Positions 21,612-30,595 of a DNA stretch of 64,000 nucleotides are shown here, one piece after another (the stretch's first letter is position 1; each line of letters begins with the position of its first letter). Position numbers and translations under genes: made by a program. Source of the DNA: a virus. Its lineage: Duplodnaviria > Caudoviricetes. The notes under the pieces are model-generated. The model was not told the origin of the DNA, searched no databases, and saw nothing but the letters and a program-made list of their open reading frames with translations. The DNA lies in the IMG/VR virus record IMGVR_UViG_3300042314_000891, positions 21,799-85,798 of that record. One strand, given 5' to 3'.

Positions 21612-22401
21612 CAAAAATTATTGTGATACAACCAAAGTATCCGTTAGGGAGATTAGTACATCTATTGCAAAAGAAATTATTGTAAAGAAACACTATACTC
21701 ACGCTTGGACTGCTTGTAGATATTCGTTGGGTATATTCTATAAAACGGATACTGAAAATGCTTTGGGTGATGCAGAAAAACTGATAGGTTGTTTAATCTA
21801 TGGGTTTCCAGTTGGAGCTAAAGCACCTACATCTGTATGCGATGGTTTGACTAAAGATAATATTTTAGAATTGACTCGTTTATATTGCGATGATGGGTAT
21901 GGTTCTAACATTGAGAGTTTTGCTTTAGGGCAATCTTTTAAGTGGTTGAAGGAAAATGATAAGGCAATCAAAGTTTTGCTCTCATACGCTGATAATGGAC
22001 AGGAACATTTGGGTGGAATATACCAAGCAACCAATTGGATTTATCAAGGATTAAATACTGATATTGCACTAATGCCAAATTATGGTATCTCAATCCAAAA
22101 AGACCCATACAAATGGATACATAGTAGAAGTGTATTTACTAAATGGGGAAGTGGTAATTTGGAACATCTTCGTAGAGAAATTGGTAAAGATGGATATACT
22201 GAATTTTGGAGAAGAGAAGAACCACCAAAACATAGATACATTCAGTTGATACCACAAGATAAACGTGAGAAGAAAGATTTGATGAAACGATTAAAACATC
22301 CAATCAGAGAGTATCCAAAAAATGCAAGAGAGTATAATAAGGGAATTGAACACCATACTACAATAGAACCAAGTACGGAAATAGCTAAAAACTTTTGGTA
22401 A
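21598..22401 (+). CDS. Mom-like DNA adenine-modification protein, copy 2
   Basis: Paralog of the upstream ORF: 'LELTRL', 'LLSYADNGQEHLGGIYQATNWIYQG', 'KHRYIQ'. Confidence 0.75.
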   Translation: MKEANKNYCDTTKVSVREISTSIAKEIIVKKHYTHAWTACRYSLGIFYKTDTENALGDAEKLIGCLIYGFPVGAKAPTSVCDGLTKDNILELTRLYCDDGYGSNIESFALGQSFKWLKENDKAIKVLLSYADNGQEHLGGIYQATNWIYQGLNTDIALMPNYGISIQKDPYKWIHSRSVFTKWGSGNLEHLRREIGKDGYTEFWRREEPPKHRYIQLIPQDKREKKDLMKRLKHPIREYPKNAREYNKGIEHHTTIEPSTEIAKNFW

Positions 22402-23525
22402 TGAACACAGAATTAGAGAAATTATATACGGCAGGACATGGTGATGACTTTTCTATGGGCAAATACATTGCCTTAAAGACTGGTAAATTGTATAACACCA
22501 CAAAGTTTTCAAATGATATAAAATTTGATAAGAAGGTTTTAGCATTAATAGAAAATGCAGGATTTAATCAAATTCAGCAATCGGAGTATTTTATATCAAC
22601 AAAGGATTCAAAACGTAATTCAACTTACGAAAAGAGGCTTGATGGTATGGATTTAATTTTAATAAATGTATCGGAGATTTCAGGTGATTTCTTTGAGGAA
22701 CCTGATTATATAGAACCAGAGGCAAAATCAATAAAGAAAAATCAATATAGATTATCATTTGCATACACTTGTTCAAACGATGTATTAAAGAACATTATAT
22801 TAAATGATGTTACAAAACTATCCAAACAAAATAAAGAGGGTAAGATACATTTATTGAAAGCAACATCCTATGGGTTTGAAACGGAAGAGTTTAAATTACC
22901 AAAACCAAAGATTGATTTAGAATTAAACTATGGTAAGGATTTTGTTAAGATAAACGATTCAATTGTAACCGCACTTACATCCAAAAAGGAACAACGAGGT
23001 AGATTAGTTCTACTACACGGATTACCAGGTACGGGTAAAACTACATACATCAAATGGTTGGCAAATCATATGAAGAGAAAGGTATTATTTTTACCACCAA
23101 TTTTGGCAGAGAGTATTGTGAATCCTGATTTTGTTCCATTCTTAATGGATAATAAAGATTGTATTTTGGTGATTGAGGATGCTGAAAAGATTATTGGTGA
23201 TAGGAATAATTCACACTCATCTACTGGTGTATCCAACATTCTTAATTTAACCGATGGTATATTGGGTGATATTCTAAACATTAGTATTATTGCAACATTC
23301 AATATGGATAAGGAGAAGATTGATTCTGCTCTATTAAGAAAAGGTAGATTGATTGCGGAACATAAGTTTGATAAACTAAATGTAGATGATACTAATATTC
23401 TTATTAAACATTTGGGTATGGATAATGTAGTAACGGAAGGAATGACATTAGCTGACATCTACAACATCAACACAGAACAATTCAAAACAGAAATCCAAAA
23501 GGGTAAAATCGGTTTTGGTAGGTAA
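22401..23525 (+). CDS. AAA+ ATPase
   Basis: 'LHGLPGTGKT', 'VIEDAE', 'DSALLRKGRL', C-terminal 'IGF'. Confidence 0.85.
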   Translation: MNTELEKLYTAGHGDDFSMGKYIALKTGKLYNTTKFSNDIKFDKKVLALIENAGFNQIQQSEYFISTKDSKRNSTYEKRLDGMDLILINVSEISGDFFEEPDYIEPEAKSIKKNQYRLSFAYTCSNDVLKNIILNDVTKLSKQNKEGKIHLLKATSYGFETEEFKLPKPKIDLELNYGKDFVKINDSIVTALTSKKEQRGRLVLLHGLPGTGKTTYIKWLANHMKRKVLFLPPILAESIVNPDFVPFLMDNKDCILVIEDAEKIIGDRNNSHSSTGVSNILNLTDGILGDILNISIIATFNMDKEKIDSALLRKGRLIAEHKFDKLNVDDTNILIKHLGMDNVVTEGMTLADIYNINTEQFKTEIQKGKIGFGR

Positions 23526-23564
23526 AATAATAATTTATTATATTTATTAGTATAATAATATAGA

Positions 23565-24272
23565 ATGGAAAAATTTCATAAATTAGACGAAGCATCATTA
23601 GCACGGGCATATCAACACGTGGTAGATAAAAAAGTTCCTAGTTGGGGAATGGCAAGTGCATATCGTTACGCCAATACACCTGCTGAAAATAAAAAATTAA
23701 ATAAACAATTAGAAGCGGATTGCAGAAAAAGGGGTTTAGGGTTTTTTAAAGTAAGTGGACATTGGAGAGAGTGTCAAGATTCAGCCATACCATATGCAAA
23801 GTGCCCATCTGATAAATTGGTAGACGCAGTAGAAGAAACTTTGTTTATACCAGGTGCACCAAAAGAATTTATGGAACATATTGTAAAAAAGTATAACCAA
23901 GATTCTGTTATATATGGTGGTAAGGATACAAAAGGAAATGCACATTTAATTTTTAGAGAAGGTGGTGAGGAAAACATAGGTAAGTTTCACCCAAATCAAA
24001 TAGGCCAAGCGTACTCTAATTTTAGAGATAAAGAAAAAACGATGATGTTTAAGACTGGAAAAAAAGCACAAAGTGGAACAAAAGCCGGTGCAGAAAAACA
24101 ACAAGCCAATATTAAAAAATTATCATCTATGATACCGGTAGGTGCATTAGATAAGAGAATAAAGAATCCAGAAACAGGTAGAAACATTAAAGTTAAAACT
24201 GCATTGGGTTACGATAAAACATCACCCGCATATAAGACGGCATTTGCAGCAATAAAAAAACCTAAAAAATAA
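23565..24272 (+). CDS. Hypothetical protein, possibly virion-internal
   Basis: 235-aa ORF; C-terminal 'IKNPETGRNIKVKTALGY'; preceded by TATTTAT motif. Confidence 0.55.
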   Translation: MEKFHKLDEASLARAYQHVVDKKVPSWGMASAYRYANTPAENKKLNKQLEADCRKRGLGFFKVSGHWRECQDSAIPYAKCPSDKLVDAVEETLFIPGAPKEFMEHIVKKYNQDSVIYGGKDTKGNAHLIFREGGEENIGKFHPNQIGQAYSNFRDKEKTMMFKTGKKAQSGTKAGAEKQQANIKKLSSMIPVGALDKRIKNPETGRNIKVKTALGYDKTSPAYKTAFAAIKKPKK

Positions 24273-24338
24273 TTTACAAAACGCTTGACTTTTTAATTTA
24301 TTTTACTTATCTTTACTATATAACAAAACGATAAAGAT

Positions 24339-24704
24339 ATGGAAAATTTAATAGGTCAAATGGTTCACGTAGTAGTTTCCAAAGATGGTAAAAAGGGAAC
24401 TAAATTCCTTAAAGTTTGTAAGGTCAAAGCTCGTTCAGTTCTATTCATCGAAGTAGATAAAGAAAATCGTAAGAATATCTTCCGTAAGGTTGCTAAAAAG
24501 GATATTAACCCTATGGGAATTATTGGTGATTCTCAATCTTTTTATATAACAGAGGGTGTATTGCCTGATAAATGGGAATCAGATTGGGATGCGATTGGTA
24601 ATACCTCTCGAATGGCAGCAGGTTCATTTGCTTACACCCCCCGTCCAACATATAGTAATCACTCCAAAGGATGGGCATCAAACGGAGCACACTTTAGAAC
24701 ATAA
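24339..24704 (+). CDS. Hypothetical early protein
   Basis: ORF behind TTGACT...TATCTTTA motif. Confidence 0.6.
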   Translation: MENLIGQMVHVVVSKDGKKGTKFLKVCKVKARSVLFIEVDKENRKNIFRKVAKKDINPMGIIGDSQSFYITEGVLPDKWESDWDAIGNTSRMAAGSFAYTPRPTYSNHSKGWASNGAHFRT

Positions 24705-24821
24705 TAATATGTATAGAATAGCAAAAGATATTTGGATGGTTTCAATCATCATTGTATTTTCAGTAGTGTGTTTAGCTGAATTTATTTTTTTAGAAACTTA
24801 TGAAAAGTTTTTTAGAAAAGA

Positions 24822-24892
24822 CTAGGAAATGTGAAAACTTTTACCTATCTTTATAGAGTAATAAGAGTTAAACATAAAACAACAAAGATATG
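24822..24892 (+). promoter_or_regulatory. Repeated early promoter/5'-UTR unit
   Basis: TAnCTTTA followed by 'TAGAGTAATAAGAGTTAAACATAAAACAACAAAGATATG'; near-identical copy near 62452-62498, related copies near 25250 and 62130. Confidence 0.6.
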
Positions 24893-25210
24893 AAAAACTA
24901 CAATAACCCAATCGTTGACGCATTTATTGCCAAAGTTAATTTAGAAATTGCAGAATACTACGCAACTAGTTTATCAAACTTAACTGTGCCAGTATTAGAG
25001 ATGCGAGTTGGTACTAAATTTATTAAATTGATTAAGGATGGCTCGGTGTGGGGTTTTATCTCTCGTTACGAAGGTGAATACAAAGGAGTACCAATTAAGA
25101 AAGGTGATTTAATGAAAGCCGCTTCTCGTGACTCTCCTGCCAAACATAGTAGAGGAAACATCATTGATGGAACTGCAGCATACGGCGTATGGGGTGTAAA
25201 TTATTTGTAA
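24890..25210 (+). CDS. Hypothetical early phage protein
   Basis: 106-aa ORF 'SVWGFI...GDLMKAAS...PAKHSRGNI'. Confidence 0.65.
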   Translation: MKNYNNPIVDAFIAKVNLEIAEYYATSLSNLTVPVLEMRVGTKFIKLIKDGSVWGFISRYEGEYKGVPIKKGDLMKAASRDSPAKHSRGNIIDGTAAYGVWGVNYL

Positions 25211-25289
25211 AATAAATGGTTAAAAATTAGGAAATGTGAATTTTTTTGCTTACCTTTATAGAGTAGTGAGAGTTAAACATTAAAAAGAT

Positions 25290-25670
25290 ATGAAAAGAGA
25301 ACAAAATTACAAAACAATTTTTAGTGATATAGATGGGACTTTGATTGAGCAAGTTCGTTTTGAAGATTTAAATCCAAATGTGGTAAATGTTTTACCAGGT
25401 GTTGCGGAGAAAATGAATGAATGGTATGAAGCCGGACATCACATTGTATTAACTACTGCTAGGCCGTGGAACTTGGAACTAATCACTAAACAACAAATGG
25501 AAACCGCAGGTATTCGTTATCACCAAATCGTAATGGGTATCGGACGAGAAGAAAGAATTTTAATCAACAACAATTCAAAGGGTGAGCCCGAAAACGCACG
25601 TGCTATGGCAGTTGCCGTTGGTAGGGATGCTGGGTTCATCAATTCGAATTGGGAAAATGTAGGACTTTAA
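25290..25670 (+). CDS. HAD-superfamily phosphatase
   Basis: 'FSDIDGTL' motif I and 'LTTAR' motif II. Confidence 0.8.
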   Translation: MKREQNYKTIFSDIDGTLIEQVRFEDLNPNVVNVLPGVAEKMNEWYEAGHHIVLTTARPWNLELITKQQMETAGIRYHQIVMGIGREERILINNNSKGEPENARAMAVAVGRDAGFINSNWENVGL

Positions 25671-25673
25671 TAA

Positions 25674-25847
25674 ATGTTAAAAGGCGAACAACATCCAAAC
25701 CACAAACTAACGGATGTACAGGTTATATCTATCAGACACCTATGGGAAATAGGACATCGTAATTTGAAAGTAATTGCAAGAAACAATGGAGTATCAACTA
25801 CCAATGTTCGTAAGATAGTTAAAAGGCAAATTTGGACACATATTTAA
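25674..25847 (+). CDS. Small helix-turn-helix protein (resembles the C-terminal domain of phage HNH endonucleases)
   Basis: 57-aa ORF missing from the track: MLKGEQHPNHKLTDVQVISIR...IARNNGVSTTNVRKIVKRQIWTHI. Confidence 0.65.
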   Translation: MLKGEQHPNHKLTDVQVISIRHLWEIGHRNLKVIARNNGVSTTNVRKIVKRQIWTHI

Positions 25848-25884
25848 AAAAAATATATATTTATACTATATAAACAATTAAACT

Positions 25885-26685
25885 ATGTCTAAACATTTAT
25901 TGAACGAAGCGGTAGATGAACTATCTACGTTAAGTATATACTTACAAAGAACAAAGCAAAAGTTGCAAGAGCAAATGATTGCAGAGGGTGTTGATGACCC
26001 TGGTATCTTTAAGTGTGTATTTTTAGCAGGTGGAGCCGGTAGTGGTAAGGGTTATATGGCAAAAGAAATATTTGGTGTATCTGATTATACAAAATTCGCA
26101 CCGGCTGGTTTAAAAGTAGTTAATTCAGATGCTGCATTTGAAGCTGAATTAAAAAAGAATGGCATCAGTCCAAAAGATTTATCAAAAATTGAGAAGGAAG
26201 ACCCTCAATTGTGGGATAAGATACAAGGAAACGCACCAGATTCGATGCGTAATGTGGCTAAAGGTATAACAAAACAATTAAAAGATTTCTATGAGGCTGG
26301 TAGATTGGGAATGATTATTGATGGAACTGGACATGATTATAGTAAAATAGCTAAACAAAAAGGACACGCAGAAGAGTTGGGGTATGATTGTTATATGGTA
26401 TTTGTAAATACATCTTTGGAAGTAGCAAAAGAAAATAATAGAAAAAGAGCAAGAACATTATCGGATGAACTAGTTTCAAAGACTTGGAAAGATGTTCAAG
26501 AAAATCTTGGTAAGTTCCAACAATTATTTGGTGGATATAAATTTTCAATTGTTGATAATTCAGTAAAGGGCGTTAAGCATGGTGATGTAACAAAAGCAGC
26601 ATCTAGATTTTTAGCACAACCAATAACAAATCCAATTGCTAAAAAATGGATAGCAACTGCAAGAGCATTAAAAAGTATGAAATAG
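25885..26685 (+). CDS. P-loop kinase (zeta-toxin/AAA_33-like)
   Basis: 'FLAGGAGSGKG', 'VVNSD', 'IIDGTG', 'VFVNTSLEVA...NRKRAR'. Confidence 0.7.
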   Translation: MSKHLLNEAVDELSTLSIYLQRTKQKLQEQMIAEGVDDPGIFKCVFLAGGAGSGKGYMAKEIFGVSDYTKFAPAGLKVVNSDAAFEAELKKNGISPKDLSKIEKEDPQLWDKIQGNAPDSMRNVAKGITKQLKDFYEAGRLGMIIDGTGHDYSKIAKQKGHAEELGYDCYMVFVNTSLEVAKENNRKRARTLSDELVSKTWKDVQENLGKFQQLFGGYKFSIVDNSVKGVKHGDVTKAASRFLAQPITNPIAKKWIATARALKSMK

Positions 26686-26699
26686 GAGAATAATAAGTT

Positions 26700-27302
26700 A
26701 TGATTAGTTACGAAGAAATTGGTTTTTTAAATCATAAAATTTACAAAATACCTATAAGTGGTATTGATAATAAAAAGGTTATTACTGAAGTCCAAATTGA
26801 TAGGGATTTGTGGATGCCAGATAAGAGATTCAATGATACTCGTATGAGAGCACCTGGTTTACAAATGGATGGCCAAACTCTATGTGGTGATGAGACACGT
26901 AATATGTTTTCATTGTGTTATAATAAAGTAAGAGATTTTTTTACGGAGTTAAATAATGAAAAGTATTTAAGTGGATACCAAAGAACTTGGATATACATAG
27001 CAGTACCCGAATTAAAGGAAGCACATTATCACAATCATTTAAAATTTCATCCAGATTTCGATACATTTACAGATTGGACTTGGGTATATTATGTACAAGT
27101 TCCTAATAATTGTAAAGGACCAGAAGGTAAATTGTTTTTTAGAGATGATAAAGACCATAGTATAACACATACATTTTTTCCAGAAGAAGGATACATCTAT
27201 GCATTTGATGCAAATTTGGAACATCTACCATCTCTAGCACCTACATCTACAAAAGAAAGAATAGTAGCAGCTGGAAATGTTATTTTAAATTTTGAAAATT
27301 AA
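26700..27302 (+). CDS. Putative 2OG-Fe(II) oxygenase
   Basis: HxH 'YHNH', 'WVYYV', distal H 'LEH', 'RIVAAGN'. Confidence 0.7.
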   Translation: MISYEEIGFLNHKIYKIPISGIDNKKVITEVQIDRDLWMPDKRFNDTRMRAPGLQMDGQTLCGDETRNMFSLCYNKVRDFFTELNNEKYLSGYQRTWIYIAVPELKEAHYHNHLKFHPDFDTFTDWTWVYYVQVPNNCKGPEGKLFFRDDKDHSITHTFFPEEGYIYAFDANLEHLPSLAPTSTKERIVAAGNVILNFEN

Positions 27303-27305
27303 ATT

Positions 27306-27866
27306 ATGATTAAAGGGATTGAATGTCCATATATCATTTCCAAACTATCGGAGCATGATTTAATAAAGGAAGATGTTTTAGATTTAATTAATGATGCTGA
27401 ATCAAATCGTTATACATACGCAGAAGATTATACTGATATAACGAGAACTGATTGGAATATTAGTAGAGATATTGAAAGAGAATACACAAAAATTGCAATG
27501 CCTCCTATTGTGGCATTAATGCAAAACAGATTTTTAGAATTGGGTTATAATGAAATGAACATACATAATGTATGGTTTCAACAATACAAAAAAGGTTCAG
27601 AGCATGGTTGGCATGTTCACTTAAATTGCCAATTTACCAATGTTTATTATTTAGATTTACCAGAAGGGGCCCCTAAAACGCAACTTTTAAATCCAATGAA
27701 CCAAAAAGAGATTATAGAGTTAGATGTAAATGAAGGTGATGTTTTAACATTCCCAAGTTTCATTTTACATAGAGCACCAAATGTGGAAAGTAATATAGTA
27801 AAAACTATTATATCATTTAATTCAGATTGTAATATTAAATCAGTTGCTGGTTTATACGATTTTTAA
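27306..27866 (+). CDS. Putative 2OG-Fe(II) oxygenase
   Basis: 'WFQQY...HGWHVH', 'VYYL', 'FPSFILH', 'KTIISFN'. Confidence 0.75.
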   Translation: MIKGIECPYIISKLSEHDLIKEDVLDLINDAESNRYTYAEDYTDITRTDWNISRDIEREYTKIAMPPIVALMQNRFLELGYNEMNIHNVWFQQYKKGSEHGWHVHLNCQFTNVYYLDLPEGAPKTQLLNPMNQKEIIELDVNEGDVLTFPSFILHRAPNVESNIVKTIISFNSDCNIKSVAGLYDF

Positions 27867-27896
27867 AAAAGTTATAATAAACTTAAAAGATTAGAT

Positions 27897-28433
27897 ATGC
27901 AAAGTATTGATATTTTTCCAATAAGAATATTTGAAAATTATATAGAAGTTCCAGATTCTTTAACCGATGGTATTAGGGAAGATATAAAAGATGATACCAA
28001 ATACGATACTCCAATTGATTGGGATGGCGGTGTGTATTCATCTTTTAATTATGAAAGCAAACTATTATATGGTACTAAAGAGCATAATCAAATAATAGAT
28101 AATGTTATAGAAATAGTTAAAACTACACCACCTTACAATGGATTTGGTGATAATTTTATTTATGAATATAATATGTGGTGGAATTATTATACGGCGGGAA
28201 AGTATCAAGAATACCATAGCCATGCTAACAATATACTTTCTGGAGTTTGGTATTTGAATGATTCAAATGCACATACCGTATTTTGTGATAGGGGTCTTAA
28301 ACACAAAGTTTTACCAACGAAAGGTAAAATAGTTTTCTTCCCATCGTACCTACCACACTATGTAGAACCATCCGATGATGAAAGAATGACAGTAGCATTC
28401 AATTTTCAATTATCAAAGCGGAACGTAAAATAA
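27897..28433 (+). CDS. Putative 2OG-Fe(II) oxygenase
   Basis: 'QEYHSH', 'SGVWYL', 'FPSYLPHYV', 'RMTVAFN'. Confidence 0.8.
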   Translation: MQSIDIFPIRIFENYIEVPDSLTDGIREDIKDDTKYDTPIDWDGGVYSSFNYESKLLYGTKEHNQIIDNVIEIVKTTPPYNGFGDNFIYEYNMWWNYYTAGKYQEYHSHANNILSGVWYLNDSNAHTVFCDRGLKHKVLPTKGKIVFFPSYLPHYVEPSDDERMTVAFNFQLSKRNVK

Positions 28434-28451
28434 AAAAAAAGATATATATAA

Positions 28452-28483
28452 TTTGGAATTACGAAAAAAGTTTCGTATATTTG
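28452..28483 (+). promoter_or_regulatory. Bacteroidota-type promoter for tmRNA
   Basis: TTTG-N20-TATATTTG. Confidence 0.75.
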
Positions 28484-28502
28484 TAAACGTTATTTGAAAT
28501 AT

Positions 28503-28888
28503 GGGGATGACCGGCTTTTGACAGGTATGAAGACTGGTTGTATTGATGCAAGTAAGGTTAGATGGAAACCTTTGAAGACCTATCAAACAATAAGTGCAAA
28601 CGTAGAATTATCTACAATGACGTTCGAAGATGCTATGGCATGGATGAACTCATTCGATTACGCAGTAGCTGCCTAATCAATCCCGCATCACTCGTGGGAC
28701 TTAAAAAGAAGTGAACAATTTAAGGTCTCGTTTGAGGTTCTACCTATTAAAGTGAATCTTCCACATTTGAGAGTGGCAATGGCAAAATAGAAACTCTATA
28801 TTTTTTCAGTTTAGAAAAATTGAATAAACTTGTGAACGATTTACATTAGAAACTTATTTGGACTTGGGTTCGAATCCCAACATCTCCA
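28503..28888 (+). ncRNA. ssrA: tmRNA; tag ANVELSTMTFEDAMAWMNSFDYAVAA* (28596-28676)
   Basis: GGGGATG/CATCTCCA acceptor with G3-U70, 5' '...TTTGACAGG', T-arm GGTTCGAATCC, internal frame ending YAVAA-stop. Confidence 0.92.
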
Positions 28889-28891
28889 CAA

Positions 28892-29082
28892 AAAATAAAT
28901 GAGAAATCATTTGGATATATGAAAAAAGTTTCGTATATTTGTATCATAATAAATCGCGGGGAGGATGTTGGTTTCCCACCGGTCTCATAAGCCAGGTCTA
29001 CGATAGTTCGATTCTGTCTCCCGCAACCAAAAATAAATGAGAAATCATTTGGATATATGAAAAAAGTTTCGTATATTTGTAT
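28892..29082 (+). repeat. Direct repeat (~53 bp, two copies) carrying a promoter, flanking tRNA-Met
   Basis: 'AAAATAAATGAGAAATCATTTGGATATATGAAAAAAGTTTCGTATATTTGTAT' near 28892 and 29030; a related promoter copy at 29193-29223. Confidence 0.85.
28955..29029 (+). tRNA. tRNA-Met(CAT), initiator-like, atypical
   Basis: C1:A72 mismatch, CTCATAA loop, encoded CCA; anticodon stem imperfect. Confidence 0.7.
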
Positions 29083-29299
29083 TATAGAAAATGAGGTTAG
29101 TATGCCGGTGTGGAGAAGTCCGGTGTTAAGAGGACCCGAGAGGTAGAAATACCATCCCACTACTCATCCAACAAAAAAAAAGTAAAAATAATTTTGATAT
29201 ATGGAAAAAGTTTCGTATATTTGTATTATAGATTTGAGACCAATAGGTGATGAAAGATACTCGGTTAATCAAATTAAAAATGTTCTTTAAAATATAAGC

Positions 29300-30135
29300 A
29301 CATAGTAGACTAGTTCTACATAGTGTACATCGGCCGCCTATGGTCGTGAAATAAACTACGAAAGTAGGATAAAGTGAATCATTTGGTTTAAGTGATTTGC
29401 GGCTTCGAAAGGAGCTTGAGTAGGCAAGTGGAATATCATTTCACCTTTAGTATTGAGGGTAACACTGTAAAGAGGGTGGTGAAATGACTGGGCTAAAGTA
29501 GATAGTTCAGTTGAGGTGGGAACACCAATAAGAATAATCCATAGAGTTATTGCGAGAAACTGAAACTTAATCCCTTTCAACAATTGCGTGATTCAATATT
29601 AGAGTTTGCTTAAAACCGAAAGGTAAGATAAAGTACGAGTGGTGTCGTTATTATCCTTACTCTTCACCTACCAAGGTAGGAGTTATGAAGCAAACTTAAA
29701 GTATGGTGTTAGGGATAACACATCGAGTAGTTCAGTATTCTGTTGTTCAAAAGATAACGGAGCAGGTTGGCGAACCACTACTTGAAACCATCTACAAACC
29801 AAACTCAATTTGCCGGTTAGTGCAAACTATAAACAAAAAGAGCAAAAGTGTTCGTCAGTTGCAAACGAAAGGTGCGTACATAGTAGGGAGTTGTTCCTTG
29901 CCACGATACCTCCGCAAGAGGTCTGTGATTCTTTCGAAAAACTTCTAACACCGCAAGTGTGAATCTGTTCGGCAGAGTAGAAGAAGCGGAGTAAAGAGAG
30001 AGTAGTTTGTAACTTTATGAGTGGTTGGCTTAACTAACCCGCATTGAATCGGTACTATCCAAAAGATAGTGGAAAAGTTGGGAAACAATAATCCAACGAA
30101 AGCTGGTTCTTTTACGTGAGTATTCTCATCCGTAA
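29300..30135 (+). ncRNA. Giant structured ncRNA, GOLLD-like (boundaries approximate)
   Basis: ~800 nt without a credible ORF, raised GC, many GNRA-type hairpins (CTAC-GAAA-GTAG, ACC-GAAA-GGT, ACACCGCAAGTGT), own promoter, abuts tRNAs. Confidence 0.6.
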
Positions 30136-30143
30136 TAATATAA

Positions 30144-30217
30144 GCGAGATTGGTGTAATGGTAGCACATCGGCCGTCCAGGTCGGAGGAGGGGGTTCAAT
30201 TCCTTTGTTTCGCTCCA
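30144..30217 (+). tRNA. tRNA-Gly(TCC), atypical (G33)
   Basis: GCGAGAT acceptor, U73-CCA, anticodon loop CG-TCC-AG. Confidence 0.65.
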
Positions 30218-30220
30218 TAA

Positions 30221-30293
30221 GCGGAGAAAGTGTTCCGGTAGCATGTGTACATTCCTGTACAATGAGGTGGTTCGATTCCATCTCTCCGCTCCA
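30221..30293 (+). tRNA. tRNA-Gly-like, 6-nt anticodon loop
   Basis: GCGGAGA/TCTCCGC, U73-CCA, stem TGTAC/GTACA enclosing ATTCCT. Confidence 0.6.
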
Positions 30294-30378
30294 AAATTTA
30301 AATTATAAAATAATAACCAATATTACTATTTTTAACTTAAAATAAAAAAAAGTTATATATATTAAAAGAAAAAAGAAA

Positions 30379-30522
30379 ATGAAAACTCTTAACCTACATA
30401 CGATAGCTTATCAACCGACATCAAATTTGATGTGGGCAGGCAATCGCGTGTGTGATTTTAGTTCGAAAGGAATTAAAAATCAGTTAGGGGCAACAATATT
30501 AAACGATGTAGACTTGGGATAA
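30379..30522 (+). CDS. Putative attenuator leader peptide (47 aa) MKTLNLHTIAYQPTSNLMWAGNRVCDFSSKGIKNQLGATILNDVDLG
   Basis: A-rich Bacteroidota-type initiation region, extreme codon diversity, contains a strand complementary to the downstream terminator. Confidence 0.7.
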   Translation: MKTLNLHTIAYQPTSNLMWAGNRVCDFSSKGIKNQLGATILNDVDLG

Positions 30523-30549
30523 AACCAAACTACATACTTAAATTAAAAC

Positions 30550-30582
30550 AACCCCTGACTCAAAAAGTTAGGGGTTTTTTTA
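30550..30582 (+). terminator. Intrinsic terminator (attenuator) upstream of tRNA array
   Basis: ACCCCTGACT-CAAAA-AGTTAGGGGT followed by a T-run. Confidence 0.85.
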
Positions 30583-30595
30583 TGTTTAAAAATAA

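Noticed and set aside
28494-28676. 60-aa ORF in the track
   Set aside because: It is the tmRNA 5' domain read in frame with the tag, not an independent gene.
28892-29223. Repeated ~30-53-bp units suggesting a CRISPR array
   Set aside because: The repeats are TTTG/TAnnTTTG promoters separated by RNA genes; too few copies, long spacers and no cas genes.
29300-30135. rRNA fragment or group I/II intron
   Set aside because: No recognisable rRNA universal sequences, no interrupted gene, and no group I P7 core or group II domain V that I could identify.
28846-30262. ORFs 28846-29160(-), 29356-29583(-), 29703-29948(+), 29945-30262(-)
   Set aside because: They overlap tRNAs, promoters and the structured RNA and have atypical composition; most likely spurious.
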